Assembly (NCBI GenBank): GCA_036172245.1
Contig: JAYWIR010000041.1
Coordinates: forward strand, 1,178,001 to 1,242,000
DNA: 64,000 nt
Source: Raillietiella orientalis
Taxonomy: Eukaryota
Direction: 5' to 3'
This document shows, piece after piece, positions 23,000 to 36,559 of this stretch. The notes beneath the pieces are model-generated. The model was not told where the DNA came from. It did not search any database and worked only from the letters and a program-made list of their open reading frames with translations. The first letter of the stretch is position 1. Every line of letters starts with the position of its first letter. The position numbers and the translations under genes are program-made.

Positions 23000-24330
23000 G
23001 CAACGTTCCCCCGCTCCTTGCGGCGCGATGATTCTGCGGACATCCCTCCATCAAGATCCTGCGAATGATTGGTTTCTTTTCGAGGGGCTGCAGCCCCTGC
23101 GAGCATTCCTCCGAACTCTCTAGTGCTGCTAATTTCGCAAGCTGCATCGAGCACCATCAGCATCTTTTCCCAGGAAGGCTCCGCGTTTCGGGCCTCTATC
23201 ATCAGCTCTTACAAGCATAATAATGCCGTTTCACCAACTCGAAGGCATCTTAACCGATCGATTTTTCTCGAAAGTGCAGATGCATACATTAGGCGGCAGC
23301 AGGTGCACGGAAGATATCTTCCTTTCACTGGATTCTGATCGCGTTTCTTTGAGACGGGAGTCACTCTTGGAAATGAACTCATGATTGGTCCTCTGTTTGG
23401 GCATCACTTCGTGCCCTCAGTCTCTTGAAGGGAGAGAGCTTGAGAGTTTCAGAGTGCTCTGATTTGTGCAGAAGCACTCTCCGTAGACCGTCAAGGAGCA
23501 TCGTGACATCAGCACGAGTCATCAGCACGGCGGTATCCAGCCAAAAACAATCCAGCCTAAAAACACAGGGCGCGGAGGCCAACTTGCTGTCTGTGCCGAC
23601 TGTGAGTGCCAGGAGCATTGGACGCAAGCAGACAAGACGGCGATCGAAAACTCTTTTCCTCCTTTGGGGCCAGAGCGGTCGACTATGCTCATCGGGGAGG
23701 TCTGCTGCTTTCGGTTGGTTGACACCTTTCAGACCAGTCGGGTTACTCTCGGGTCTTCCGAAAGAATCTCGGCGCTCCACGCGGCGAAGTTAGTGACACG
23801 TAGGCTGCCGGACCCGAAGAGTCGAAAAGCATTCTGGTCTCTCAGGGGGCGCAGTGGAATCACACGCTCTTGTGATGGAACCTTTCTGACGCAGCCTTGT
23901 CCAACTCATGTACAACCGATAATTCACGTCGTCTTCTGCTCCCGTTTCTCAGCAACCCTATCTCCCATTTGGATGACTCATGCTCATTATTTGGTCATCA
24001 TGGTCTCAGTATCCGACGGGCTCACGAAGGTAGGAGCAGGTCATTCTTCGCTGAAGAACGCAAAGCAACAACCAAGAATTGGTGAGGAATGGTTTTGTGG
24101 AGGGCTCGGGAGGGTGGCACATCGCCCGTGAGTGTTCTGCAGGATCTTGTAGAGGATTCCTCGCGCCGGTTCCTCTTTGCGTGTTTCCAGGTGTCGCAAC
24201 CTCGCTTTCCCTCTTGAGAAGGAGGCTGAGATGTGGATGGCGCCTCCGTGCCTTTGGGCTGGTGCAACGAGTCGGATAGCCTTGACGCCAAAGTCTGGAC
24301 GTTCCCCATAGACGTTCAGGGGGGGGGCTT
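23000..24330 (+). mobile_element. L1-like EN-end, linker and RT-start relic
   Basis: HLNRSIF (R.DRIF), DSDRVSL (SDH-like), LSLLK, VSDGLT (G.DGL), PLGWCN...AKV (RPISLLN..KI.AK-like). Confidence 0.5.
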
Positions 24331-24479
24331 CGCCAGCCAGGCTCACGCGCGCTCGCCGTGGAATTGCATGCAGAGTCGCCCGACCTTAGGTCAAGCTTAC
24401 TTTCCCTACGACAATCAATGTCTTCATTGTCGTTTCTTTGTGGTTTTATTAATAAATTGTTAACTTTTACTCTGCCCAA

Positions 24480-25130
24480 CCTGCTTTTGTGCTGTTGTGA
24501 TCAGCAGCATTCTTATCGCCCATGATAGACGCCTGCTTTCTCTCTTCCTGGCATAGCAGCGAATGTATTTTGGCGCCCTGTCGGTGGGCGAGTAGGAGCA
24601 TCCGAAAATGCCGTTCGTTCGAAGTTTTCAGGTGCTGCGTTCCGAAATGTTCCGGAGTTTTCGGGGGTGCGAACCCCTGTGAAAGGCGACCTTTCTGTGA
24701 AATGGCTGCTCGAACGTAAAGAGTCTGCTGGTCGCAGTGATGTGTCGGAACCATCGATGGGAGTTCACTCAAACAAGGCGTCTGGGAGCGCAGAGATTCA
24801 AGCGTTTATGAAATCATGGAAGCTGGGGGGTGCAGACTCTCGAAAACCCTCCTTCTCATCTATCCAGCATCAAACCATCGTCAGCTTCCGGGAGATGCTC
24901 CTTGCAAGATGACACCCCAGCAGTTTTGGGGGCGCTGTGAACATCAGTGCGATGTCCAGGATCACGGTGACCTAGAAATCGGCAGCCTCTGAGCGCCAGG
25001 AGTGAGGACCGTTTTCTGGTCAGCAAAGTGAGAGTTGGGTGGGAGCTTCTGAGATCACATCGTGAAATGCACGTGACTGAAGTGACTCCTAAGAAGATGA
25101 GAAGAGAATCAAACGTCAAAGCCCTCTTCA
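24480..25130 (-). mobile_element. L1-like EN-end/linker relic
   Basis: SNERHFRMLLLAHRQGAKIHSL resembles the ORF2 linker (T..F.....RQ....I.SL). Upstream: TLTLLTRKRSS, HRTDVH. Confidence 0.35.
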
Positions 25131-26829
25131 TAGAGCTGATTTCTAAATGTGCTCCAGAGCCACACCCTTTGTCTTGATTTCTTTCAGAAAAGAAAAGAAA
25201 TTGAAGAGGCCCATAAGATTGGACCGGAGTCTCTCAGGGATGCCCTTCGGTCCCTTTCGCTACACGTGTGCTTCCATGAATTTTAATACCGAAAAGCATT
25301 CCGGAAAAGACCAAGCGCCTTACTGACCGCTTCCCTCAAAGGAACCATCAAAATGGAAGATCTGACCTTATGGGCACTCGATAAAGAACTTGGAGCTATT
25401 AGGAAGGAATCGGGTGAGTCCATTTCGGGGAATGGACGAAACGCGCATGTGGTGACGAGAAAATTCCTCGGTGGGACACCCAGGTGAGAGCTGCTTTCCA
25501 CGTCTCCTGCTTTCCATGGGCTCATTCATATGGCGCAGGAGATGCTGAAATCCATGCTCGGAGAGGAAAGGGGAGGAGGAGCGAATGGCGAGGTACAGAT
25601 ACCACTTCCTTCATCCAATCCAATCCGTCTGTTCCCTCCATTTTCGTTCAGGTGCTTCCCGCTCGACGGGGCCGCAGCCTACTGAACGGTCCGCGTCGAA
25701 GCCGGCGGCCACGCATCACCGGGTGCACCTCCCTGCTCGTTCGTTGTGCGGGAGGACAAACCGCATCCCTCCCCTGAGTTGGATCCTTCGTTCCTCCCAC
25801 TACCGCTTCTTCGTCTCGCTTGCCAGACCACTTGATCCCAAGGATTCCTCGCCGGTACATTGCTCGTATCCATGCAGTTGGACCTTTAGCGGCGAAACGG
25901 GGAGTCAGCCCTCGGTAGCTGCTGCTCGCCTCCTTCTGCCTCCCTTTTTCTTTTTCTGGCTCCGTTGCAGAGTGCTCGTAGGGGCAGGCGACGTCCAGCT
26001 CTTCCGTTGTCCTGGAGGACCGGATCCGCGAAATTCACCCCGTGCTGCGGTTTCCATGGTCTCGCGCGCGCCTGCGGGATTTCCTCGAGAGATGCAGATG
26101 CACTGCCGGTGCACTCACCGCAGATCCCTGATCTCTCTCTCTTCTGCTCCGCCTCGAGGAAGAAAGGGTCGTGGAGGAAAGGACAAGTGGGACCCTCATT
26201 CTCGGCGCGACCTTCTTCCAGAACGCGCGGCGATGGGTCTCCGAAGGTAGGGTGAGGGACCAGGTCACTCCTGTCTCCACGACACAGGGGAGCGAAGGGA
26301 CGAGCCAGAAACGCGTGGAGGTCCCAGCTCGGGTCCATTCCGCGCGGCGTTCGCTTTCGGGACTGGTTTGTGGGATTGGGAGGGGGAGCGGAGGGTGCTG
26401 GAAAACAAGCGGGAAGCGTACGTACTCCCTTTTTCCACCCTCCGTTTTCCACCCGAACGCGTCGAACCCAACGAAGCAGACCGCCGCCGCACGCATCCCC
26501 TGCCCGCGGGCGGCGGAGCTGCGCGCATGCGGGCTGCACGTTTGTCGGCTGCGGGCTCGCCACCGTCGACGCGCATTCCGTGCCTTCGTCTGTCGGCCGC
26601 TAGGTGCGACATTTGCGCACGGCTGTCGGGCTTGCGACGCCAGGGAACCGCGTGCCGTGCATGACCGTGGAAAAAGCCACGGAACTCTCTGGCAACCGGT
26701 AGTTCGAGAAAGCACAGGAGCGAATCGTAAAACGATCGATTAATTCTCTCGAAGAAAGGAAAAAAAAGGAAAAAACTCCGGCCGCGTTTCGCGATGTCCC
26801 CTCGGAATGCCGGAGCGTGACGGTTGCCA

Positions 26830-27170
26830 TGCGTGTACCTCTTACGAGGCCGTCCGTTTTGCAAGAAGCAGGGAAAAACAAACAAGCAAGCAAATAAACA
26901 AACACGCCTTTACTGCTGTCTCCAGGCAGTATGCGCTTCCCTCTGCTTGAGAGCTCTCCAGGCAAACCTCCGAAAAGGCGCCAGGCAACACCTGCCGCTG
27001 TCGCATTTGAATGCTTTCCTCTGCCGCAGGGCGCCTCCCTGTGGCTCCCCGTCCGATAACTCGTCGTCCCCCATTGAGGGATGAAAGGCGAGTCCGTACA
27101 AAAGCAGCTCGGAAAGGTGCTGGCGGGTGTGCGTCAGCTCGCGCTCGCGCGTGTGGACTTGGGATCGACC
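26830..27170 (+). mobile_element. Possible L1 ORF1 relic interrupted by an (AAAC)-like microsatellite
   Basis: LLRGRPF; SLWLPV..L...ESVQKQLGKVL (P.WV...LP....LG.V-like). Confidence 0.25.
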
Positions 27171-28439
27171 TCGCGGGTCTTGCGGGAACGCTTCCGTCCG
27201 GCGCGCGGCGGTCTGCTTGAGCGGCTCCGTGCCACCCACCCCCCACCCCCCTTCCCTTCGCCTTGGCTGCTGCATCCGTGGATGCTGCGCGCGCGCGGCA
27301 TCCGGCAGCAGCGATTTCCTTCGTTCCAGGAACTCTCGCGGCTAAATTTAGTCGCGGAACGACTCTGCCGCGCCGTGACAGATTTAAGATCACCGTTCCA
27401 GTCACCCTGGGTTCCCCTCCCTCCCACCCTCTTTCTCACATCCGCAGTTTTTTTTTTCTTTTTTCTTAGCGGTTTCCGAGATGTTTCGGAGACATCAGCG
27501 GGCAGCACAAAGCCCACTCCCGCCACTAGGAGCGCCACCGTCTGCACACGCTCGCGCGCGTGCGAGAGAGAGAGAGAGAGAAAGAGAGCGCAGGTCGCGA
27601 GTTTCCTGCGGAAGTCGCGCGCGCTCCGCGTACGTAGCGAGTGGGCCCCCAGTCCGGCCGGCCGCTCCGACGGCCTCCGCGCCGCTTGCAAGATGACCGC
27701 TCAGAGGTCGCGTGGTTCCCGCGGAGCGGTGGCGCCTCCGCAGGGAAACGCGCGAATCTCCCTGGCAAAACCGCTTCCGTTCCCCTCCAACCAAACCGCA
27801 GCGGCTCCTCGACCACGGAGTCATAAACGAGGTCGCGCGCGGGAAGCGTGGTGACCTCGAGCAGCCATTCACTCCTTTGAGGGGGCAGTGTCGGATAGGG
27901 GGGCGAGCCTATTCGACAAGTCCGCACGCTCACGGGGAAGATGACGTCACGGACGCTGCACGTCTGCCTTCCCGCGCGATCCCATCGGTTCCCGCCGCCA
28001 CGGTCAGCCATGGGAGGGAGATCAAGCGCAGAGGCAGAAGTGACGGGTGCCTGATGTCGGCTCCCCAATTTACGCCTACTTCTACAAACAGGCGAGAGCA
28101 GCGACGTCCAACTCTTCAAGTATCGTTCCTGGGAAAGGCTTCGCTCCACGTTTCCATAGCGGCGGGCGTTCCCGAATGCTTCGCTTGCAGCCTCGGGTCG
28201 ATGCGTTAATTCTTTGCTTCCTCGCTCTTGGAAAGCAAAAGGGGAGAAGGGGGGGGAGTGAAACTCTTCATTCATCTTTTCGCAGTTGCCCGGTGTCATC
28301 AACATGCGTTCAATCTATCATGTAACCCAGCTAAGTGTAGACGCGCAGCCTCTCTCATCCGAGGTCTCCTCAAACGAGAGGGTGCGCGGCTGTCGTGAGA
28401 ATTTCCAATGGTCGGGAGAATCCCTGCAAGCCGCCGCGG

Positions 28440-28625
28440 ATTCGTGACGTCAGCATGCGCGATCCGCATGGCTCCCAACAATGCGATCTAAAAATACAGG
28501 GTGCGAGCGACTTCGAACAAGGTCTTTGGAGTGCGGCTTCGCTGCATGACGTCAGCGTGCGCCATCAGCATGGCGGACAACAATGCGATCTAAAAATACG
28601 GGGCGAGTCACCTCGAGTGCGGAGG
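28440..28625. repeat. Tandem duplication of a 102-bp unit containing TGACGTCA
   Basis: TGACGTCA at 28445 and 28547; CAACAATGCGATCTAAAAATAC at 28476 and 28578. A third homolog lies at ~36862-36960. Confidence 0.9.
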
Positions 28626-28949
28626 AACACAACGACATGACGAAGGAGCGATGCTCCTTCGCTGGTAGCCAGAGGCATCCTCAGGAAACGCTGCGTGAGT
28701 GCAGCGTCTCTACAGGGCAGATCCCGTGCTCCCTTTCCTTGCGCAGGCATGAAGACCAATTCCGGCAAGGCAACTCCGCTTCCCCCATGGGAGGCCAGGA
28801 AACACTCTGCTTTGTCCCATTGCGGAGGTCGCAAGAACGTCCTCCCCAAAGTTCCGTCGTGGGAGGGCGCGCGACGGTAAGAAGAAGCTTTCTTTCGGAA
28901 GGAAGACTCGATCTCCGCGCCGAGCAGCCTTAGCCTTAGCGGCTCCGCG

Positions 28950-30200
28950 GTGAATAATCGGCTCCGTGGTGGCCGTTTCCGCTGCAAAGAGGAGGCTTTG
29001 GAATGTCTGTGAAGAAAGGCTCACCAACGCACATCAGTTCATCGTGGATGCGCGAAACCCCCTCCGAAACACGAAAGGATCGAAGAGATCCCAGAGATGC
29101 GGAGTTCAAACCTCCAGTGCTCAGTGAGAGGCTGGGGACTTCGCCCACACCCTCCTCCGTGATGAAGAATGGCTCATCGGGACCAGCGGTCTGCTGATGA
29201 GCTTGTATCATGAAGGAAGGAGGCGCGCGCATCCATTTGGAATCTGACCTGAAGAAGTGGAGGAATTAATAAATGGGGGGAGTGGTGTGGAAAGAGAGAG
29301 AGAAAAGTGGCAGAGTTGATCCTTGGTGGCTCGCTCTGCTGGAGAAGGACGTGGTCCTCCAGGTATGGTCCCTCACGTCGAATAACAACGAGGGCAGGTT
29401 TCAGAGAGCGTGCTCTGTAAGAAGCAAAAGATACAAAGTCAAGGATCGTGCCGGATCTGCTGAATCCCGCATCCCAAAGGGATGTCGGGGTAAGGAACTC
29501 GATGGGAATTTTCGCTGAAAACGGGATGGTAGGAGTGAGTGCCTATGGAAGAGGTAGAAGAAGACCTGTGCAAGTCGGGGAGAAATAAACAGCATTGGTG
29601 GAAGGAGTGCGGAAGGATGACCTGTCCTGAAGATAAAGTGGAGAGTGGGTTGAGCTATATTTTATTTATAAAATGGATGGAAAGTAAAATTAATGATAGT
29701 ACAGCGTGGAAGGATATCAATAATATGATGACAGTGATACTCAGCTTGTCTTTGGTGTCTTTGACGAATGGCGAAATGATGAATGTGAGAAATTAGAACG
29801 GAAGAGACAAAATTAATGACTGTACGGTTCTTTACTTGGACAAGGAACCTGAGACGAATTACTTTCTAGAAAATTCCGCGTTTCGGTGGTTGAGAGGGGG
29901 GAGGTAAAGGGGGGGGGGAACTGAAGCAAGAAAACAAGCGTCTTCCCCCTCCTCCCCCCTTCCCCGAAAAAAGAAAGAAAGAAAAATAAATTTTCACTCC
30001 TGCTCTTCGAGAGAATCTTAGATGCACTCCTGCGAAGCCAAAGATTTAAGAGGGCTCTGGTGCAAAACAAAGAGCTGTTTGAAATGCCAATTCTTGGAGT
30101 ATCTGGAAATCGTTCGGGAGAGTGTCATGCTGCAGAGACCACTGCTCGCAAACAAATCGATTGCTGAGACAAGGTGGATCCCAACTACCCATGTCGTATT
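28950..30200 (-). mobile_element. L1-like RT relic
   Basis: SKNWH...LKSLAS (NWRP..KI.A, ~30090), SSGQVIL (SGQ.IN, ~29625), VPYPDIPLG (KYLGIPLG, ~29485), LSTGGLNS (GGLG, ~29110). Confidence 0.55.
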
Positions 30201-32049
30201 CAAAGTAGGTCTGATTTAGTAGCACGGCTTCGAGCAGTAATGGCTCGAACGGGAGGACTGAAGGAGGAGGGAGGGGAAAAAAAGACCGAAAATGTTGATT
30301 CGTCTTGATTCCCCTCCAAATATACGACCCCATTCCGTGCTCGATAGGGGATGCCGTGAAGGCAGTAGATGCGCAACTTCCAGGCGCCGTCTGGGAGAGC
30401 GAAGAAGATGCGGATGCCAGCGGATGCTTCTAGCCCGAATCTGTGCCAGAGTTCCCTCACCAAGTGCCTTTCCCGCCGGTAGACGAAGGGGCGAAGCCGT
30501 CCCTGAGGCTTGAGCGAATGCCTCGCTGGCCTGGTAGCATCGCGTGGCAACGAAGGTATCCCTAGGCGAAAGAAAAAAAGCAGGAGTGCCTCAGGCGCGT
30601 GGATCGGCAGGAATCGGAGACGAGGGAAGGGGTGGTTCTCGGCCAGCGGGACTCGATGGGGGGGGGGGGGCGTCCGTTGGAAAGAATGAGGCACGCGGGA
30701 GGGCAGAGATTTAGAGACGGAAAGCGCCGGGACTGATCTTCAGTCTCTTCGGGAGGGGAAACGCTGACACGCAGGTCAGCCACGAGCGAGCGATCCACTT
30801 GCAAGGAGCGAGGGGACGGGGAGTAACAATAAATAAATAAGCAGATAGAGCGGAATCAGAGATTCGGCGGGGGGGCGAATGGAGGTGTCTTGAGTCGCTG
30901 CGCGTGCGCGGGAGAGGCTGATCGCTCGCCTTCGTGATTTCTCCGAGGGTGGGTCCGAGTCGGTTTCGAGGTTTGGCGCGCGCTCGGTGAATTCGCTTCT
31001 TTCATTTCCGGCGGAGCATCGATTCATCTGTTAGACGGTTGCTAGGTGACCGTTTGGGGGAGGCGGGCGAGCTCGATTGTCCCCTTGCGTGATTGCGCGG
31101 TGGCGACAGGTGGGTCGCCTGCTGCGATCAATCGACGCACATGCGCTGCAGATTCCGTGGGGTGTGAGAAAAGGGAATGTGGGTAATGGGGTGGGAATCC
31201 TTGGCCTTGGTTGAGATGGACCGAGGGGTGGCGATCACAGTTCACGAGCTTGGAGCTCTCGACTTCACGGATGCCGTTCGTCAACTTTCCGGGGATGTTT
31301 CCAAAAAGGGTAGCGACAGCCTGGAGACTGCGGCCAAGCACCCACGCCCAGCGAACAGGAGAACGGAAAAGACCCCATCCAGTCGAACTTCGGGACGGAC
31401 GTCTCTCGGTGTTCGTCTCCGCAAGCTGTGGCGTACGCAGCTGCATGGAAAATCAAGGGAGCATCTGAAAGAACTCTTCCCCTTGCTCGAAGACGAAAAT
31501 TTCGATTGGACGAAACATGCGGTATCGATCTTAGATCTTTTTGCATTCATCTCGAAGATCACCAACTCGCATCTCCAAAGACAAAAAAAAAAAAAAGAGA
31601 GGAGTAAAAGGAGGACCTTTTACCGGACATCCAGGTTCACCTGAATGGCTCGCTGCGGCTTCACCACTTCGAGGTCGCTGTCGAACACACCAACGAGAGC
31701 TTCGCTCATGCGAAAGTTCTTCGGGGGCGCGTTGGTCATTGCTGCCGGACGATAGGAAAGAGGAGGAGCAAGGGGATTCGGAGACGAATCCCACAGTCGA
31801 ACCGATCTCCATTGTATTATTTAGTGGCTCCCAGAGGTCACAAGAACAAATTTCCTCCTCCTCTGTGCTTCCCTTCTATTCCTTGCTTCCTTCTCCTTTC
31901 GTCCCCTTGAACACACCTATAAATGAAAGCGTTTTTTTTTCTTTTGTAAGGCAGGGTACGATCGCCGGAGCAGATGAAGAAGGCAGGTGAGTAGAATGAA
32001 AAGAGATAAAAAAGATTCCTGGAAGTTCAGGGAAAATGGTGAGCCGTGT

Positions 32050-32560
32050 TAGGCAGCGTACGTAGTCCAGGCAGATCCTGGAGACCCTGTGGTCTCTCGG
32101 AAGACCATCAGCACGGAGGCGGGTCCCGTGTTCTTCTTTGGGGAAGAAGCGCCTCTCGGTGTCCCGTCCGGCGGGCCCTCTGGAAAGCTGCTTGCAGGCG
32201 CGAGAAGAAGAGTTTCCGCGGAGGCCTCTCCGGTCCGCGAAGCGCGCGGAAAATCCCCAGCACGCCGTTGGTGGCCGAGGCCGCGGAGACTCCAGAGTGT
32301 CAAGGCAAGAGGAGGACAAACACTCCCTCGGGGAGAACGCGGGCCAATCTGCCTAGACGACGAGCGAGAGCCCAACAACGGAGTCCTTCCCGTCCTCCCG
32401 TGCGAAGTTGCGGTCGGCTCCGAGGATTCCTCAAGTGGCCGGGGGCATCCCTGCTTCCCCTCCAGTCAGCTGGAAACCGCAAGCTCGCAACCCCTCAAGG
32501 GGATCCCTTGCTCCCGCTCCTCACGAGCGGTTCGAGCGGCAGCATCCCGTGTGCCCATAA
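32050..32560 (+). mobile_element. Possible APE endonuclease relic
   Basis: QILET, GGSRVLLWG, GRGDSR (GDFN-like), SSQPL (SDH.PL-like). Confidence 0.3.
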
Positions 32561-34034
32561 ATAATAGGAATTGCGAGGCACTTGCCGCGGAAAATCGATA
32601 GGCGGACGGGGGAAACCCATTTCTTCCTGACTGCCGTCGGATCCCACGGAAAGCGAGCGGCAGCGCGCCACTTGCGCTTCTTCGAATTGGCGCGCGCGCA
32701 CACGCCGCACAGACGGGCGCCCATCTCCTGGCTCCACAAGCAGTCCCGGAATTCCGGCCGTTTTGCTCGGCGGACTCTTCCGGACCAGGGGGAGAGGAGG
32801 GACAGGTGAGAAGGGGAAACGGAGAGAGGGAGAGAGGAGGGAGAAGAGGTTGAGCGCGACGCGCTGGGAGTGGCAGGGGTGGGCCTGGAGTCCCTCCACG
32901 CGACGGACCTTCCTGGAGTGGAGGTGCAGCGCGGAGGAGGTCGCCGAACTGTGCTCTCACCAGACGGCGACCCTCCCCGGCGCACCACTCGCACGGACCC
33001 AGGCCGACGAAAAGCGGGCAGGAGCTCACGCAGGTGCACCTGCCGGACGTCTGTCTCCCGTGTGGGCGGTGCCCGGATCGGGGAAGGGGCAGCGGGAGAC
33101 GGCGAGCAGTCTCGCGCGTTCCGGCACGTGCGCGTGGCTCGGGGTGCGCACCAAGCGCCCGGGCGTCCCGAACACATTTCGCCCCCTTCTTCCCGTTCCC
33201 TCGGGGTCCCGAAGGGAACGCGCGCGCGGGTGCTGCTCAGCTCTCGCCTCGGCGGGACGATCAGAAATTACGCACTCGTTTGTCACATGGAAATGGGCTC
33301 TTCCGACGTGCCCTTTGATGGGGGAATCCGCGCAGAGAAGAGGCAGGCGTTCTCATCCCGACCGGCAACGTTCTCTTTGGCCGGGACGGAAGATGAATGT
33401 GCCCACTGGAAAGAGGAGGGAGGAGGAGGGGAAGGAAAAGGCACACGAAAAATGGAAAAGCCAAAAATACCGTTGCTCTCTCTCTCTCTCTCTCTCTGAA
33501 GAAGCCGTTTCTGCGCGCGCGCGCTGCCGCCGCTGTCGCGCAGTATCTCGTGCCACGCGGCAGCGGCTCCGCGTAGTCAAGTCCTCCTCGGAGCAGCAGG
33601 AGCAATGTCTGTTCCCCCTCTCTCTCAGGTTCTTCCTTCCCTCCTCCCCTTCCTCTCCCTTCCCTTCCCCTTCGGTCGTGCTGCTGCTTCCACGTGTCCT
33701 TGCGCGCCCCCGCCGATCGGTCTGCAGAGGACGGTCGAGCTCAACGCAGAAGTAGTGCAGAGCGGGAGGCAGAAGCGGTTCGGTGGGCTGGAGCAGCGGT
33801 TGGGCCTCTTTGGATCGAGAGGAGCGAGCCCACTCCATCCGCCTTCATGAGAGGGTCCGGTGGAATTTCGCCCCGGTATTGTCGGAGGAGGAGAGGCGAA
33901 AGGTGGCAGCGTCAAGAAGGAAAAACTTCCTGTCAAGGCCTTCCGAACGATTTCTTTTCAGGAAAAAGGGGGGGGGGGAAGGAAGAAAAAAGGATGGAGG
34001 GGGGAGGGAAAAGACAGAGAGTGAGAGAGAGTGA

Positions 34035-34500
34035 GAACCTCATTTTGCAACGCATTATGCATCGGCGTTGCTGGGCTTCTCGAAGAAGATTGATGAACAG
34101 TGGGAAGGAAACAGAGGTTGCGTCGTTACCATCTCTGAGGGTTCGGTTCCATAACGGGATCCGTGCCGATCGGCATCGGAATTTTGCCGTTTCCGCGCAT
34201 GGAAATTTCCGCGCCACTCGCTACTACGTCTCCATGGAGACCCGCGTGGCCATGGTCTCTCAAGGCTACCACGAGAGCCAAGCGGTAGACAAGTTGCCTG
34301 CTTTCCCGGCTCCCGAACGCCACCATCCATTAAAATCACTCTGCTCTTACGGAAGTCCTTTCCTCCCAAGTGGTTTCTGTTTGCATCTCCGAGTGCATCA
34401 ACTTCGTTAAAACTAATAAAAAAGAAAAGAAGAGGAGCAAGAAGAAATTTACGATTCCTTCGGTTGCGTATTCCTAAACAATAAAGAGCGCCATCCATCA
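34035..34500 (-). mobile_element. Ty3/Gypsy integrase relic
   Basis: DGALY, NHLGG...ATCL (HHCC region), GSLERPWPRGSPW...GNF (G.L.P...PW...DF), DATSVSFPLFINL, IMRCKMRF (I.SD.D.RF-like). Confidence 0.6.
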
Positions 34501-34899
34501 ACGCCAGCAACTCCGGAACAGCCATTGTATTAAATCACTGCTGGGCCATTTATTTCCTTTTCATTCCTCTGACACGCAATTAAGTCAGTTTAGATACAGG
34601 AATGACCTCGCGATCGAAATGAACTCGAGGATCGAAACTCGGCCTGCATCGGAAAGCTACTCGTTTGCCTGCCGCCGGCCTCGCATCTCGGGCAGCATGG
34701 CGGCCGCTGACTCCACCGCACCGGGGAGGTGTCGTCGCGAAGGGAAGGGACGGGGTGCCCGAGGGCAGGAGGTCGCTCCTGGCGTTTCCGGCCTGCGGAA
34801 ACGCCAGGAGGGTCCGAGAGCGCCGCTCTCATCTCCTCGGCAAACGAGAGAGAGGGGGGGAGGGGCAAGAAAACGGGATCCGCTCTTCCGACCGAGAGG

Positions 34900-35260
34900 T
34901 TAGCATGTGACGTCCGCCACTTCGGTTTCCTGGGTGATGGTCCATTCTCTACCCGTTCTACCGCTGACGACGAAATCCAGATGGAGTACGCTTCCAGCAC
35001 GCGGGTCTGCGGATGCCACGGGCCCATTCAAGGGCCGGAATCTCTCGCGGCTGAGGAGCGCATCGAGGATGCAGTCTCCGCCGTTCTGGCTGCCGCGTTC
35101 CGGGCTCCGGCGCTGGTGATCACGACTGTGATGGATCTCGCGAGAGCCGGTTGCCGGGGAGGATGGCACGCACCGGAGACAGGGAAACAGATGGCGCGCA
35201 TCCGCGTTCTGCGGACTGCCAGGTGCGTGATCGCTGGACCCTGAAGTGTCCCAACACCTC
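34900..35260 (+). mobile_element. Ty3/Gypsy RNase H relic
   Basis: LACDVRHFG (L.CDAS..G), MEYASSTR (YASR), PESLAAEERI (E.LA....I). Confidence 0.55.
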
Positions 35261-36559
35261 CGGGATCCGGGAAGAGGTTTTCTCGTAGATGGAGCGCATG
35301 CTTCCTTCCTCCGCGCGAGAAGGCTTCTCTCGCTCTTCCCTCGTCGGTGTCGGTTGCTAGGAGCTCGGCGGTCGCCAACGACGAAGCGGCCGAGGAGCAA
35401 GGGCCCTCAGGCATCCCGCTGTCCCGGTAGATTGGAAGATTCCCCGGGGAGAATCCCCCCGTGCACTCACCATGGCGACCGGGACGCGAAGCGAACCACG
35501 AGCGTTGCTGGAGGGGACTCTCGAGCACACTTCGCCAGCTCCGCGCAGGAAGGAGGCGTCTCTGGATGAACAGGCAGGAGGCCCTCAAGAGTTTCTGATG
35601 TTTTCCCTCCTCCACCCCCGGATTCGGATCTCACCCTTCATCTAAAAATAAAAAAAAATGAAAAAATAAAAATAAAGTCTTTTTTTTTCTTTTTTTAAAG
35701 AAAGTCGGGTGCTGCACGACGGAGAGATCGAGAAAAGAGCACTTCATCCTCCCTTCGGCCCGCAGTCCTCTTCGGGTCAGCACTGCCATCCGGACTTTCC
35801 TCTCTTCTTCAGCCGGAGGATCTCTTGGGGAGGAGGTGCGATTCTGCGCGCGACGACGCAGGTGCGCAGGATTGCAAAAGGGGCGGGGAAAGGTCAGCCC
35901 CCGCTCGAAAGGGCCCTAACTGCGAGGGAGCGAGGATGGACGGATGGCGCGGCGTGGACCCGCTTCGCAGAGGTCACCCCACCTTGCCATCGAGGGGAGC
36001 TACGGGAGAGGAAGAGGAAGTGGGATGGCCCATCCTGCCCATAGCTCCACGAGGACCCCCCCTGCTTTCCAGGAGGGCTTCTTCCTTGCAGGAGACGGAG
36101 GAGGATGCGGGAAGCTGCATCTAGCGACAGCGCCTCTCCTAGCCTGGACCGAGGAACAGGCGTTTGCTGCCGTTTGTGCCACCAGCCGGTGCGCTCGTCG
36201 CTTCCCAGAAGTGTCGAGCGCGCCTCCTCTGGATGCAGAGCGCTTTCCAAGAGCCTAAAGACCCACCGGAACAGATGCTTTCGCGCGTCCTCTCCTCTCC
36301 CCTCAGTCCTCCTTCCTTGCGGCTTGTCTACCATCCCCGTCGAGCAGGCCGACGCGGGATGTGAGCGCGCCACTCACCCCCGCGCTCCGTCCTCCCCGAG
36401 GAGAGTCCATCCGACACGTCATCCCCCCTCCCCCGCTCCAGCCAGAGTAGGCGATTCGGGACCGGCATCTTCCTCCCGCGCCTCCGACCTCCTGGGCAGG
36501 TAGTGGTGCGCCTGCCGCCGCCCGCCGTCGACCGTTGCCCAGAACAAGGCGGGGAGGAG

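Noticed and set aside
28440..28625. CRISPR-like repeat-spacer pattern
   Set aside because: There are only two units, the 'spacers' are homologous to each other, no cas genes are present, and the context is eukaryotic.
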